Of a stretch of 64,000 bases of DNA, positions 1 to 12,599 are shown piece by piece. The notes below the pieces were generated by a model that worked only from the letters and a program-made list of their open reading frames with translations, made no database searches and was not told the DNA's origin. The position numbers and the translations under genes are program-made. The DNA lies in assembly GCA_964187785.1 (NCBI GenBank), contig OZ076409.1:50098001-50162000 (forward strand), given 5' to 3'. The DNA is from Amphiscolops sp. MND2022. Lineage: Eukaryota. Numbering within the stretch: position 1 is the stretch's first letter; every line of letters begins with the position of its first letter.

Positions 1-1356
1 AATAGAGGAAACCTACCCGGGTATCTTTTAGATGAGATTTCACATGAAGTTAAGCAAAAGTCACAGTTTATACTCACGTTCAGTGCGGGTAAAACATATT
101 TTGTACCCAGAAATGTATTTTCATAAGTTTGTACCTTTTACTTTCAATTTGCCAAATATGTACATGATAATTGTTGATGCGATCATTTCCTTATCTACGT
201 TCCCCTAATGGGTTTGGGAAATGTCGTGCTGATGACGGAATTGTAATTGTGAAAGTGCTAACTGTTGTTATACTATTGGTTTTGTAAAATGCGACGCAAT
301 TGATGCAACAAACCAAGCTTTGTATCTGTTTTTCTTTATTTTGTTGGAATTCATGAATTTTAACTTTATTTCTATAATTGCGTTATTCATCCAAAATATT
401 CTCCTAGCATCGATTAAATAATCCTAGTTTGGAATTAGTCATTGCATTTTTATCAAGTTGAAATTCAAAATCAGGTATTAGTTGTTCACGTCAGCGTCTT
501 CCTAGCGTCAATTTCCCGCGAACCGAAGCAGCAAAACAGGGAATTATTTCCGGTTTGATAGACTGAAGTAATATCTACTTCCTGCTCGGGAGGAAGCAAA
601 AGGACGCCGGAATGAAATGATATGAATATGTGTGATGACTAATACTAAAAGTAGAACATCGTGTCTCAAATTTTGTCGAATTGTCGGCGCACTTTTGGGA
701 TTTTGATGATTTTTTCACCGAAAAAACAGGAAATGACTAATTATTTTAAAGAATTTGGGAATATGTACGTGATCAAATGATGCTAGGAGGGTATATATAG
801 GAAGTGCAAATTTTTCTGAGGGACTCAGTCTTTTACCAGTGCTGCAACCTAGTTGTCCCAAACTTGTTGTTCTCAAACTACTCTCATTCTTCTACCTCTG
901 TTGAAAATCAGAAAGTAAAAATTGAATCCTTCAAGAATAAATCTTTCTTCAACAACATGTCTACAACACGAAGCCAAAAGAGAAAGAATATCCAGCGAGA
1001 AGTTGATGATAATGTAAGTGAAAGCTTTGTTTCGCCAATAAATGCGGAAAATTCTCATCCTTTAGATCAAAACGTAGAATTAGCAGGTCCTTCGAGGCCC
1101 AAGTCTCCCAGAGTAGAAAATAGTTTCTTGGAAAGCATAAGGTCCTCCCTGAAGGAAGAAATACCGTCCGAGATTAAGACTCTTTTGCTCGAGTCCCAAA
1201 AGAAAATGTTGAAACTCTTGAGATCTGAAACGAGAGAAAACGTAAGAGACCATGTATCAGAAGAACTAGAAAATGAAACAAGAAGCTTCTATACTCCGAC
1301 GAAAACAGTGCGAATTAATTCTACCTAAAACGAAGATCATAGCATAATTCGTAACA
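1..1356 (+). mobile_element. Probable 3' part of an LTR (solo or 3' LTR) of a B-like Gypsy element; left end not seen
   Basis: TATA-like TATATATAGG at ~792. An ORF starting MSTTRSQ (compare MVNTRSQ in the LTR of element B) runs towards a GTAACA end at 1351-1356, after which unrelated repeat sequence begins. No TGG primer-binding site (PBS) follows and no left boundary or TSD was found. Confidence 0.45.
957..1328 (+). pseudogene. Putative LTR-encoded Gag N-terminal segment
   Basis: ATG at 957 within ORF 804-1328; MxxTRSQ start, acidic region and coiled-coil-like stretch; same layout as the Gag start inside element B's LTR. Confidence 0.4.
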
Positions 1357-2574
1357 AGCACCTCTCGTAGATACATGCCAAGTTTCAGGGTGACTGAATG
1401 AGTGGTTCGTCGAAACGGGGAAGGCCCAATTTGCCTCAGTCTCATTTCTGCAGAAACTTGTAATTTTCCAACTAAATCTCGACAAAATTTCAAAGCGTTT
1501 TGAGTTATAGGTTTAATCAGTCACGTTCCAATTTGAGTTTCTGAACTTGCCATTGACTGGCGCCAACACTACTCCTCCAACTACGTTGTCCATGTTACTT
1601 GCACAGGAAGGGGTGCAAACAGGGTGAGAATTTCAACTATCGTTTGCCAATGCGCCAAAAGTTCCTGACAGAGAGCGTGCAGAGCCTCGAGGTCAGTTTG
1701 ACAAGCTCTCATGACCCGGGAGCAAACAAGTATATTATCTTGTTAACAGAGCTTGTTAAGAAAGCTTGTTAACATTGCCATGATAGTGAGAGAAGTTACC
1801 TTTGCAAGTTTTGGCGTCAGTAGAATCCATTCATGATCAGAGCTTGACCCAAGGGACACAATGAGATGTTCTATGACAGAAAAGAAAAGACGCTATGATT
1901 CCTTTTGTGCATCAAAGAAGGTAATGACAACTCTTCAAATTGGGAAGGACACTGTACTCCGAAATGGCTGTAAGAACTTTTGTCAAGTAGCTGGACAGGT
2001 TAGGTAGGGTGCGCCACAGCATCAAACTAAGGCCAGTTTGATTGAGATGCACCCCATCATTTGGAAGTACTACTGTAGCTAGGCGGACCGCAGGATAACG
2101 TCTACCAGTTTGCATTTGGCATCGTCACTGCAAATACTCCCAAATTTTACTCTAGGAAGGTCAATTTGAGGCTTTAAGAGGCAGAGACAACTGAGTCGGG
2201 AAATCCGGGAAAATCGGGAAAAGGGACGCTGGCTGTACACAAATTTGACACTGTCAGCAACGTGGGTTGAGTCATTGCAGGGTAGACACGTCGAAACTCA
2301 TCTAAGAATGAGAGATACTCTACGCTGTACAAAGACGCCTCATTGTCTTGGAAGAATCCACGTAAATTGAAACTCGTAAATAACTGTTTGAAAGAGTAAG
2401 AATCTGTTCTTGTGGGTCACAAAGCATAATGTTTAAATCAAACGACCCGAGTCCTTTGGCGATATCAAAGAAGAATCTTTGCAGTCTGTGTGCATTACTG
2501 AACAAGTTGCTCATAAGAATACGTGCGTATCTCCCAAATTGTTCTAACTGTCAGAGTATCATTGTATCATATTC

Positions 2575-3240
2575 CGTTCGAATTGAATCTTAGTCGACGC
2601 AATACTGACGTAGATTCAAAATTTGGTTTGATTAGTTAAATTGCGACGTAGTGTTGACGTTGATTCATATTCTAGCTTCGATTAGTTTTACCGTAGTTGA
2701 ATAAAGCTTTTTCAAAATTTAATACTGACTGAAACGCGTAATTTTATAAATTTGGGAAGTAGAGTGGACGTAAATTTGGTATTAGACTTAGTCCTCCATT
2801 ATAGTGGACGTAGCGTGGACGTAAATGTGGTATTTTGGATGGATTAAAACAGCTATTTTGATGGATTTGCAACGTAACGTGAACGTACGTATTAGTCTTA
2901 GACTTAGTCCGCCGATATAGTGGACGTAGTGTGGACGTAAATTTGGAATGAAAATTAGCTAGCTGCCATAGCTGTGACGTCCTATCGTCGTCTGATTTGG
3001 AATACGTTCTAGCTAGTTGCCAAGTTAGACGAGATGCTGACGTCACATTTTGGAATGAACTTCTAGCTAGCTGCCAATGCAGTGACATAGTCGCGACGTG
3101 AATATGGAATGATTTCTAGCTAGCTGCAATAGCTGTGACGTAGCGTAGTCGCGACGCAAATTCAATCGTATTGGCGAAGCGGTGACCTAGATTAGTTTTA
3201 GTTTGTTTTAAATTCAATCCAGTCCGGGCGCGGACTGTGA
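2575..3240. repeat. Degenerate tandem array of ~55-60 bp units
   Basis: Recurring GTGGACGTAAATTTGG (~2764, ~2816, ~2931) and TGGAATGA..TTCTAGCTAGCTGCCA-like units (~2944, ~2998, ~3051, ~3105). Confidence 0.7.
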
Positions 3241-3242
3241 CA

Positions 3243-4830
3243 GTTACCTTTGCAAGTTCTGGCGTCAGTAGAATCCATTCATGATCAGAGCTTGACCCAA
3301 GGGACACAATGACATGTTCGATGACAGAAAAGAAAAGACGCTATGATTGCTTTTGTGCATCATGGAAGGTAATGACAATTCTTCAAATTGGGAAGGAAAC
3401 TGTACTCCGAAACGACTGTGAGAACTTTTGTCAAGTATCTTGACAGTTTGGTAGGTTGAGCCAGAGCAGCAAACTAAGTCCGGTTCGATTGAGATGTATC
3501 CCATCATCTGAAGTACTGCTGTAGCTAGGCGGACCGGGTCAACTGCTGTAGCCAGGTCAACCTAAGGAGAAAGAGTTCACCTAATGTTTTCCAAGAAGAA
3601 AGGAATACCTACTGACAGTCGTTCAATGCCCCAATTGAAGTCTGTGGTCAGAGCCTCTGGTTATTAACTATCACCCCAACGTCTCGCTAGAAAGTCCTGA
3701 GGCGGGAAATAACGCCAGTTTGGGAAGGAAGTGGCTAAGCATGGAAATTCGAATCTGCAATTGACTCTCGAATGAATGTAGAAGCCATATACTCTGTACC
3801 GGCAGGATACGTTTCGAAAAATGGAAACTTATCCCTGTTATCGACATATTCAACCTGTGAAAATCAAGGCAATTGAAGTTCTAATGTGAAAGGGGTAATC
3901 CTTTCCCATCTTGTCCACTGAAGTTTTGTACTGTTGCTTTGTTTATAGGATCGATGGTAGCTAGATGTTAATACCTCCATCTTCGATCATTTTAGAGGTG
4001 CTTCTCCGTCGATTGATGCCTTAGGATTTCGCGAGCATCTTTGACAGAAATAGAGACGTTAGAGAAATTGAAAGGGTTCCATCTCCGGTCTACTGGGTCA
4101 GAAACAAAAGTTTTTTTGGTCCACTACAATCCTCGAAAGTAAGCCCGCCTTCCTTATCTTGCATATCCCTGACACTCTCCAACGGATTCTGGTTCCTTTG
4201 TTAGCTGGCGTCTTACGAGTATTTTTTGCACGCGAAGAAGCTTATTCTTCCTTTAAAGCCTCCTCCTTGGCTTAATGCCAATGTTTGCATTCCCCGGCTG
4301 TCTGTGTTATAAGTGGCGGTTGCAGACTCAGGGGCTTCTGCACTGCAACTGGGTTCATTCGGTAGAGGTGGAGGAGCAAAACTTCACTCTTCTGAATGTT
4401 CGTACGAGTATCCGATACTTGCAAAGTCGTCATCACTTCTAAGGGCACCGCTTGTATCGCTGAAATATCCATGAGAAGCATCCTTCAAGGTTCTCCATCA
4501 TCTCGTAAGACGCTTTGGCCATCTGGTCAGCCACCACTCTCAAGATGCTGCCAATCTCTGTTTCATTGAGGGCTATAGTCAGGTGGCCTTTATAAAGGCA
4601 CAAAGCTTCTTCCTTTTGGAAGCACTGTTTGATTAATGCACGGCTGCTCAGGGCTAATGGATTAGCTCTCAGAAATGGCCTCCGCTCGATGAACGAAGAT
4701 TGATCGCCGCTGGATGATTCACGGAAACATTCGGGCACAATTTCCAAAAGCAAAGTGTTGACGTCTCCAATGGTAGATCCCCGAGGGTTTATTGACTCGA
4801 TATCTGTTTCGAAATCGCCTCCTGAATAAC
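3243..4830. repeat. Local segmental duplication; second copy is 5637-6025 joined to 24582-25840 once element A is removed
   Basis: Near-identical sequence, e.g. identical 69-aa ORFs at 4272-4481 and 25174-25383. The empty insertion site TCACCC-CAAC-GTCTCGC is at 3671-3687. Other partial copies: ~1610-2090 vs ~5475-5880, and ~2458-2565 vs ~4845-4948. Confidence 0.9.
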
Positions 4831-6025
4831 TCCTGAATAACCGCGATATCAGAAAAGAATCTTTGCAGTCTGTGTGCATTACTGAACAAGTTGCTCATGA
4901 GAATACGTGCGTATCTCCAAATTGTTCTAACTGTCAGAGTATCATTGTCAACGGACTCATTCTTCGTTCTAGTTCTGTCTCTTTCCACCTTTAATTTTGA
5001 CTCTCGGTCTAGTTTATGGCCCACCTTTGATCTGGGCAGAAAATTTGACACTGTCAATGCTTTCGCATCGGCTGAAACAAGTTCAACATTTGGTTGATAT
5101 TCAGTTTTTGCGGGTACATACTTGAGCCTTACACATTTTTGCCCAAGTTTGACAAAGTTCCCTATGAATTTGAATCCGGCGGTGGCGTTGGCCCTTCGAA
5201 CTCGTAGTGAAGCTGTTAGTTTCTAAATGAAACTAAGTTTGCAAGTTCCAGAAAAACGTTTAACCTAAAACGAACCAAAAGGAACTAATAGTCGCGGACA
5301 AGCCTGTTGAAGAGTTCCCCGTTGCTCTTCGCTCACAAAGAGTTCGTCACGATTGAGGGACCACTCGAGATTTTGATACTGCATTAGCGATTAGTTTTTA
5401 GACGAAGTAGGACCATGAGTCTTAGTAGCAAGAACAGTTCTAACCTTTCTTCTCACTCCATGCATCTCCTGAGTTGCAAACAGGGTGAGAAACTCAACTG
5501 TCTCCTCACAATGCGCCAAAAGGTCCTGACAGAGAGCGGGCAGATCCAGGAGGTCAGTTTGGCAAGTTGTCATGACCTGGGAGCAAACAAGTATATTATC
5601 AGAAAACTTGTTAACATTGCCATAATAGTGAGAGAAGTTACCTTTGCAAATTCTGAGATGTTCGATGACAGAAAAGAAAAGACGCTATGATTCCTGTTGT
5701 GCATCATAGAAGGTAATGACAATTCTTCAAATTGGGAAGGAAACTGTACTCCGAAATGGCTGTAAGAACTTTTGTCAAGTATCTTGACAAGTTGGTAGGT
5801 TGAGCCAGAGCAGCAAACTAAGTCCGGTTCGATTGAGATGTATCCCATCTTCTAGAAGTACTGCTGTACCTTGGTGGACCGGGTCAACTGCTGTAGCCAG
5901 GTCAACCTAAGGAAAAAGAGTTCACCTAATGTTTTCCAAGAAGAAAGGAATACCTACTGACAGTCGTTCAAAGTCCCAATTGAAGTCTGTGAACAGAGCC
6001 TCTGGTTATTAACTATCACCCCAAC

Positions 6026-6298
6026 TGTGCTGCTTTTTATAGTTGGTTTATTTGTTGGTGGTGGTGTTATTCAAAACTTACTAAAAAGCGGCTCAGAGAC
6101 AGACTAGCTAGCTAACTTTATTACAACCCGTTCGAGGTGGTAGAAGTAGAACAAAAAGGAAGTCAACCAAATACTGATTATTCGTTTTCTCTCTCTGAGG
6201 GAGTAGAGACTTACAGTCATTCAATAATAAATAAATGTTCAATCTAGAACATTCTATAAACATCTAAAAACTATTGGTTATTAATGTAGGTCAGTACA
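6026..6298 (-). repeat. Element A 3' LTR (273 bp)
   Basis: TGTGCTGC...CAGTACA; about 10 substitutions versus 24305-24577 by manual comparison. Confidence 0.97.
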
Positions 6299-6313
6299 TC
6301 CATCCCGGTTTTT
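6299..6313 (-). promoter_or_regulatory. Element A polypurine tract
   Basis: Minus strand AAAAACCGGGATGGA abuts the 3' LTR. Confidence 0.75.
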
Positions 6314-7307
6314 GAATAAAATAAAATTTTAAAGTAGCATCATTAATTAAAATGAAGAAAAAAATTTTGTTTATATGTTCTTAGCGTTTCAGCTAGTTAA
6401 CATTTTTCATTTGATGGATGATTGGCATAAGTCTCTTTAAGAGTGGTGTAAGTTCGACTCATTGGTGTACCTCGAATTGTCAAAATTTTGATTGACACCT
6501 CGTAGGTGCGACTACAGTTCAAAAAGCGACAAACTGTTCTTTTTCACTATGCTTTCGTCGGCTTGTTTTTTTGAACTGGTAGTTGCTCAATTTTATGCCT
6601 TTGTTTAAGTCTTTGAATGAACTTCGCAATTAACAAACGTGAGCAAACATCATACGACTTAAAGGTCAGAGAGTCATTAAAAAAAAGGAGAAAAATTTTT
6701 CAGGTAGTGATATCAGGTTGTGATCAACTTTGGCGGGTTTGTTATGTAACAAATGTTGAAAACTTTGAGAATTTGGATCTGTCATTATTCGAATCTGATT
6801 TGAACAGTGTGCTTGATCTATTTTTTTGAACTTGTTTTGTTGAAATGTTGAAAAGATTTGTGGTTAACATATGTGAATTTTGGATAGGATAGCACCGAAA
6901 AATAAAAATAATAATTATTCTTTAAAAAAATTGCAAATAAATATCGGTAAGGGTATGAATTAAATGATTTTGAGGGCAAATAAATATGGGTGGGAATGAA
7001 TTTTGAAATAAATACATCGGAAGTGTTTTCGATGTGAGTTTGAACTTTTTTAAATATTATCATGCACAATGTTTTTTCTTTAAGTTTCTTTTATAATTGA
7101 TTAATAATCATCTTCTTCGGATGAGAACTGGATGGCTGAAGATTGAAGATTGGATGAAGTTTGGATGAAGATGGGTCAGCTGTTGGGCGGCGGTGAAGTT
7201 GTGAAGAATGGGTGCTGAGTTGTGACGAGCAGTCGTTGTTGATGGAGTTTGGATTGGAATATGTGTTGTCATCTGAAGCGTGCTGTTGATGTCATCTGTT
7301 GATTTTA

Positions 7308-7868
7308 TCAAAAAGAGACGTAAGTGTACGTTTTGTATGAGGAATTATCATCTAGAAATGTTTCTGGAGGGTCTTTTTGAAATTCTTCTGTATCGTCGTT
7401 ATTGTCTGAAGGCCAATAGGAATCTAGGTTTTGTTTTTCCATTTCAGAACGCATTCTGTTAGATAGATTTCGTAATAAATGTTTGGGCTTGATGGTAGTA
7501 TGCTCTGTTTGGGTAGTGGCGTCTCGTTGGGTCGAATATGTATCAGGATGCTTATGAATTTGAAGATATTGATCAAAGTTGATTCGTGTAATTTGAAAGA
7601 TTTGAAACATATTGAGCAATATCAGTCTTGTAAGATGAGGATCTGCCTTTTGATCTGTTTTGAGCTGTGCATTTAATGTTGTTAAATGCTTTTTCAGAAT
7701 CAGGGATCGCAATCGGGCTGAAGGAATTGAGAGAAGAGGAGCTGTTGGGCAATCGATGTCACCAGAATGGAGTGTCGTCATATTGAAGAATATGAAGAAT
7801 TTGTTGAAAATTGTAGAGAATTTCGTTGGAATTCTTTTTGGATGGAGGGCTTGAGAGGAGAAAGACAT
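7308..7868 (-). CDS. Element A accessory ORF, unknown function
   Basis: 186-codon ORF in AT-rich DNA, same strand as pol and env; no recognisable motif. Confidence 0.5.
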   Translation of the reverse strand: MSFSSQALHPKRIPTKFSTIFNKFFIFFNMTTLHSGDIDCPTAPLLSIPSARLRSLILKKHLTTLNAQLKTDQKADPHLTRLILLNMFQIFQITRINFDQYLQIHKHPDTYSTQRDATTQTEHTTIKPKHLLRNLSNRMRSEMEKQNLDSYWPSDNNDDTEEFQKDPPETFLDDNSSYKTYTYVSF

Positions 7869-8488
7869 GCTGATGAAGCAGTTGTGACGGTATTCACCTA
7901 AAATAGATTAGTTTATTTACAATAAAGTTCCTTTTAAAATAGAGTTTTATAGTTGACATTTTTTGGATGTAATTTGTTATATTATAACATTTTAATTTTA
8001 AGAATTAAGTTGATGTATATTGGAAGTCATTTAAATATCTTTCATATAAGTACCTATTTGTTAAAATCGGTCCATTAAAAAGAGGAGCAATTGAGGAATT
8101 TTGTTAAAAATTTTTATGTCGCGATTGAAATTTTTAAATTATTTTATTTTAAAAGAGTATTTTTATATCAAACATGTAATAAAATCATGCATAGCAGGCA
8201 TATGCGTGTAGACTCAATTAATTTTGACAGGTTGTTAAGAGGATAAGTGATAAGTGTTAACAATTTAAAGTTATTATCCCATAATTACCAGTTAAGATCG
8301 GTGCATTTTTTCAATTGTATAGTTGAATTCGTCCAAAGATGTGCGAATACACAAAGCTGATTGGATAATTCTTGTCGTATCAAACACGATATTTTGTATT
8401 ATGCTTCGTGCTTGTTCAAGAGTATTTACGATTTCGGCGATTGTTATAAGAATATCTCGGTTCGGATGATGATAAGGTTTTATGATGT

Positions 8489-9583
8489 TCAAAATTTCTG
8501 TATATTTTTGTAATTCGTCCGTTGGGCGAAAATTTTGTGGTTGAGGAATGTCGCTTTTGGTTTTCTTTGGCGATCCTTGTTTTGTTTTTTTTTGTGTTCT
8601 TTAGTATTTCCGTTTGTAAGAAGTGAAAGTAAATGAGAAATAATGAAAATTAATTCATTATTTGAATATCCTTTTTTGGTCATTGCGTAAAAGTAAGATT
8701 TTTCACAGTCTCCCAGAGGTTGAGAGGCTATATGTTGAAATCGAGGGAGAAGATCAGATATATTTTGAGGTATATCTTCCTGTAGTAGCGAATCGTCGTT
8801 CAAAATGAGGTATTCTTGTGGTACAATGATTGGTCTTTTTGGATAATCATTTGGAAGGAAAGGAAACTTTGTTTAAGCGGGTCATAATTTCTAAGTTTTC
8901 CTTTTGTTTTGGTATGATCTATCAAATATTCTGACTTGAAAGTGAATGGCGACGTATTTGGAGTTGAAGAATATATAATTATCGGGCTCTTTGTATTGAA
9001 GAAACTTTTGATAAGTCATGTGATGAGCCTTTTTGATTTGGTATGGCAAAAAATTTGCATCATTTTCTTCAGTTCGAAGATCATATGGAGATGGTCTGAG
9101 AAAGTTGTATTGGAGTGAGAAAGTTTTCACTTTATTGTTCAACCACCAATCATATGGGGTAATCAATTTTGAAGCGATTGAAGTATGATAATCATTTTTA
9201 AATTCTCTGATGATGAATTTGTATTTTGTTGGAATCATGTATTACGAGGTTAACTGAGATTGAAAGGTAAATTGTTTTGATGAGAGAATAGGAACTAAAT
9301 CACAATCTCTATCTTCATCTTGTTTATTTGGTTTTATGAAAGGAGGGCAAGCGCCAGATTCCATAAAAGGTTTGTCTGCAGTTATATCTGGATACTTTCT
9401 TTTTTGAGATCTTGCGTTAACATGATCTATTTGTTCAATAGGAATAGCTTCCATGGGATCTTGAGAATTTGAAGATGAATTATTATCTTCGTTAACATTT
9501 TGTTGAATAGTTATATTCAAAGGGGATGCAAGCAATTCAGAAGGGTTAGAATTAACTACATCAAGTTCGGGCAAGGATTCCAT
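8489..9583 (-). pseudogene. Element A accessory ORF downstream of env, fragmented, unknown function
   Basis: ORFs 9242-9583 and 8891-9238 are in one frame separated by a single TAA. ORF 8489-8803 probably continues after a frameshift. Basic RSQKRK motif near the N-terminus. Confidence 0.55.
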
Positions 9584-10022
9584 TATTTAGACTTGCGTGT
9601 TTTGTAGAGCTAAAATAATGATTATAACGTTTGATTATACTGTTTCTAATAGTGAGGAAAAATTTCCTTATGTCTTTTCTGTCCATTAAATTGTTTGTTA
9701 AAAATGAAGTTTAAATTGTACTTACAGTATGAGAATAACTGAGTCAATTGTGGGTTGAAAACATCAACAATCACAGTGGTATCTATTCCAGGAATAGAAA
9801 CTTCTGTAATTTCGGTCTTTTAGATGGACTGAAGATCCAGTTGAAGTCTTCTGGTTGAGTGTTGAGTTGTGATGAGCAAGTGAATTTTCAGTTGAGTTGA
9901 AAGGAGAGACTTGTCCAAGTGCGAATTTGGGTTTGAATGAAAGTTAAACTAAAGAAAATTTTGTTAATAAATTTTTGAACTTTTTCTGAGGTTAATTTGT
10001 TCATTTAATTATTGCTTTTTAG

Positions 10023-12592
10023 CTATGAGGGATTTACTTTTATAAAGACTTTAGCAGGACTTTCCGGTACAGCTATTACATTTGGTAATACTGTGTCAGA
10101 GTCCTGAGAGTTAATATCGTTGACATTAGTTGGGTGTGTCTTTTGTGGTGATTGAAATGTTGAATTCTTACTGGAATAATTAGGAGGTAAATACGGGGAG
10201 TCATTATCAGAGTATCTTCTCAGTTTATTGTGTAATTCTTTTTCCGGCAATAGGATATTATCATTTTCGCTTGTTGTAATTTTGTGTTTAGTATATATCC
10301 GTTTTCGTTTTCCTGTTTTGTTCAAATCGGTTATCATTTCCGATGTAACTATATTTAAAATTCCATGAGCTATTGAACTCAAAATGGAAATGTTGCTTTG
10401 GAGATTATATTTTATGCTAATTGTTCTGTAGAATTTGAGTAAAAATGTTAAAACTTCTCTAATGAGAAGAAATGTTGAAAAGTAAATTCCACATTGTGTT
10501 AAAACAACATGGATATCCAAAGAATTTAATGAATGCTTGACTGAACCAGTCAGGGTTGAAAAGTGGTAAGACGTTTAACAAGTGGTCATGTATTCCAATC
10601 CTTAAATGAGTATAAGGATTGTATCCTGAGTAGGAATGTTTATCATTATGCACTGTGATGAAATCATAGCTTAATGATTTTCTAAGTAATTGAAGAGTTG
10701 TGTCTGAGTGTTTAGCGAAAAATACTCTGTTCCAGAATTGATCTATTTCTGCATTTGAATATATACCGGCATCTTGGGCGGTAAATGTACTAGGAGTGAT
10801 TGTTGTTTTAATTTGGGCAGGTTTAAACATTTGTGGTGCTTCTCGTTTGAGTGGTTCTGGTGTTAACACATAAAAATCTCCGTTGTTAGAATCTGGGTCT
10901 AATTCGATTATATTTTGTGGGGTATTTCCACATTCAATTGGTGTTGCATAGTTAAAAGTTTGTCTTGTTATAGGATCAACATACATTATAATTTCTCTAT
11001 AGTGTATGGGAATTCTATCAAAGCATTTATCTGCCTTGTATAGTGGTGATATAAAATGAGGGCAATCATACAGCCATGCTGTAGATGCTTCAACGTAGAG
11101 AAAGTTACTACGATTTCCAGTTAAAAGAAAACCGGCTAATTGAGGATTCTTAACTGACATAGCTAAGATTGTTAACAATTGAGTTCTTTCCAGTTCACAT
11201 ACTGTATGAAGGGTGTTTAGTTCTTGTACTGTCATGGATTTAAATACATGATTTATTGTGAAATCAATTTTTGTATTAATGTGGGCATCATAGTCTAAAG
11301 TGGCGAAATTGTTTGATATATTCAATGCAGGGAATATATACCTTTTATTTGAGTCATCATATTTTATGTTTCCACTAATTGTTTGATCAAATATTGAGTG
11401 TGGTTTTCGATGTCCTGTGTTCATATCAAAACCATCTAAGTATGTAACAAAGATGTCATCATATTGTGTTGAGAATAATGGTTCAGATTTTCCACAAAAG
11501 GTTTGTGCAATTGGGTATATATCAAATCGAGAAAGGCTTGGATTGCTTACTTTTGATTGTGGTGTTTTCACATTGGGATATCTTGTTCCTTGTATTCCTT
11601 CGGTTTGAAGTTTTTGTGTGATGTTTGAAGTTTCAATGAAGGTATCGGTTTCTATCCAATATTTATCTTTATTTCGTGTCATTCTACCAATGAATTCTTG
11701 AAGTTGAAATATGAGGCAAAATTTTTCATCAAACCATGTTAATGTGTATGGAGTTTTTGTGGTTGGTTTACAAAATCCGTCTGAATGATAGCACGGTAAT
11801 ACGTGTCCGTCATGTATCAATTGATTGTTTTATCATCATAGTCTATTGCGGTGTTAACAATTCTAAGTTTCCAACTTTGTCGGGTAATTAAATGTTCTCG
11901 GTCGGCTCGACATCTGGAGTATGTATTTTGTGTAACATTCAGTCGGAATAACTTTCATCGAATACGAAGGTTCCAATATGCCATGTGTTTAATTTCTTTA
12001 CTCTAAATGGTGTTTGAATTCGTTCAATTTTGTTTTGATAGTCACTATCGTCGAACAATGAGAAAGAGCTTTGTATATTGTAATTGTTTAATTCTTCGCT
12101 ATATGTCGCGTTTAAATATCTTATCATGTTTTTGCATTCAATAGGGTCTAATATTTTTGGAAGTTCTAATGTGTTTTGTCCCCATTGTAAACGATTATAT
12201 CGTCTACTAGAAGTGAATGTTTGTGAACACCAGACCTTCTCAGTCTTTATATATGCTTCGCATTTAAAGGCTTTTATTCCTTTGGCTTTTGCTCTAAAAT
12301 AAACTGTTGCTTGGGTTTTTGTGTGTTGTATATCTGAAGGTGCTTGTTTACATGGTTCAACATTTAATAAACTGGATTGTCTTAAGTTGTTTTGTTTTGC
12401 ACAATCATAATGGGATACCATTAAGTTTAAAATGTTGGGGTCTTGGTCTGAAATATGATTTTCTGAATTGGTTGTGTCAACTTTAGGAACAGTTGAAGGG
12501 TGAACTAAAGAGTGAACTATGTGTATTATAGATTTGTATTTAACAACATGTATTATGTATACTAGGTATAGGTTAAAGGTTATGTGATTCAT
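10023..12592 (-). pseudogene. env: env-like glycoprotein (~850 aa, frameshifted) resembling the chuvirus G / gB-like class III fusogen family
   Basis: Three consecutive ORFs (11939-12592, 10459-11820, 10023-10520). Hydrophobic N-terminus; Cys-patterned ectodomain (YDCAKQNNLRQSSLLNVEPC; KCEAYIKTEKVWC; HINTKIDF...VCELER...LAMSVKNP...WLYDC...KCFDRIPI...YVDPITR...IEC); C-terminal TM-like VLTQCGIYFSTFLLIREVLTFLL followed by a basic tail. Confidence 0.85.
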
Positions 12593-12599
12593 GGTTAAA

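Larger units (their letters stand above)
1357..6025 (-). pseudogene. Decayed, internally duplicated intron-containing gene related to the antisense gene of element B (middle and 3' exons)
   Basis: Minus-strand translations SISVKDAREILRHQSTEKH (~3990-4050), FSVIEHVIVSLGSSSDHEWILLTPELAK|gt (3248-3331) and ag|VMRACQTDLEALHALCQELLAHWQTIVEIL (~1626-1715; intact acceptor in the copy at ~5577) align without gaps to exons 4, 5 and 6 of the B gene. Many stops and frameshifts. Confidence 0.7.
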
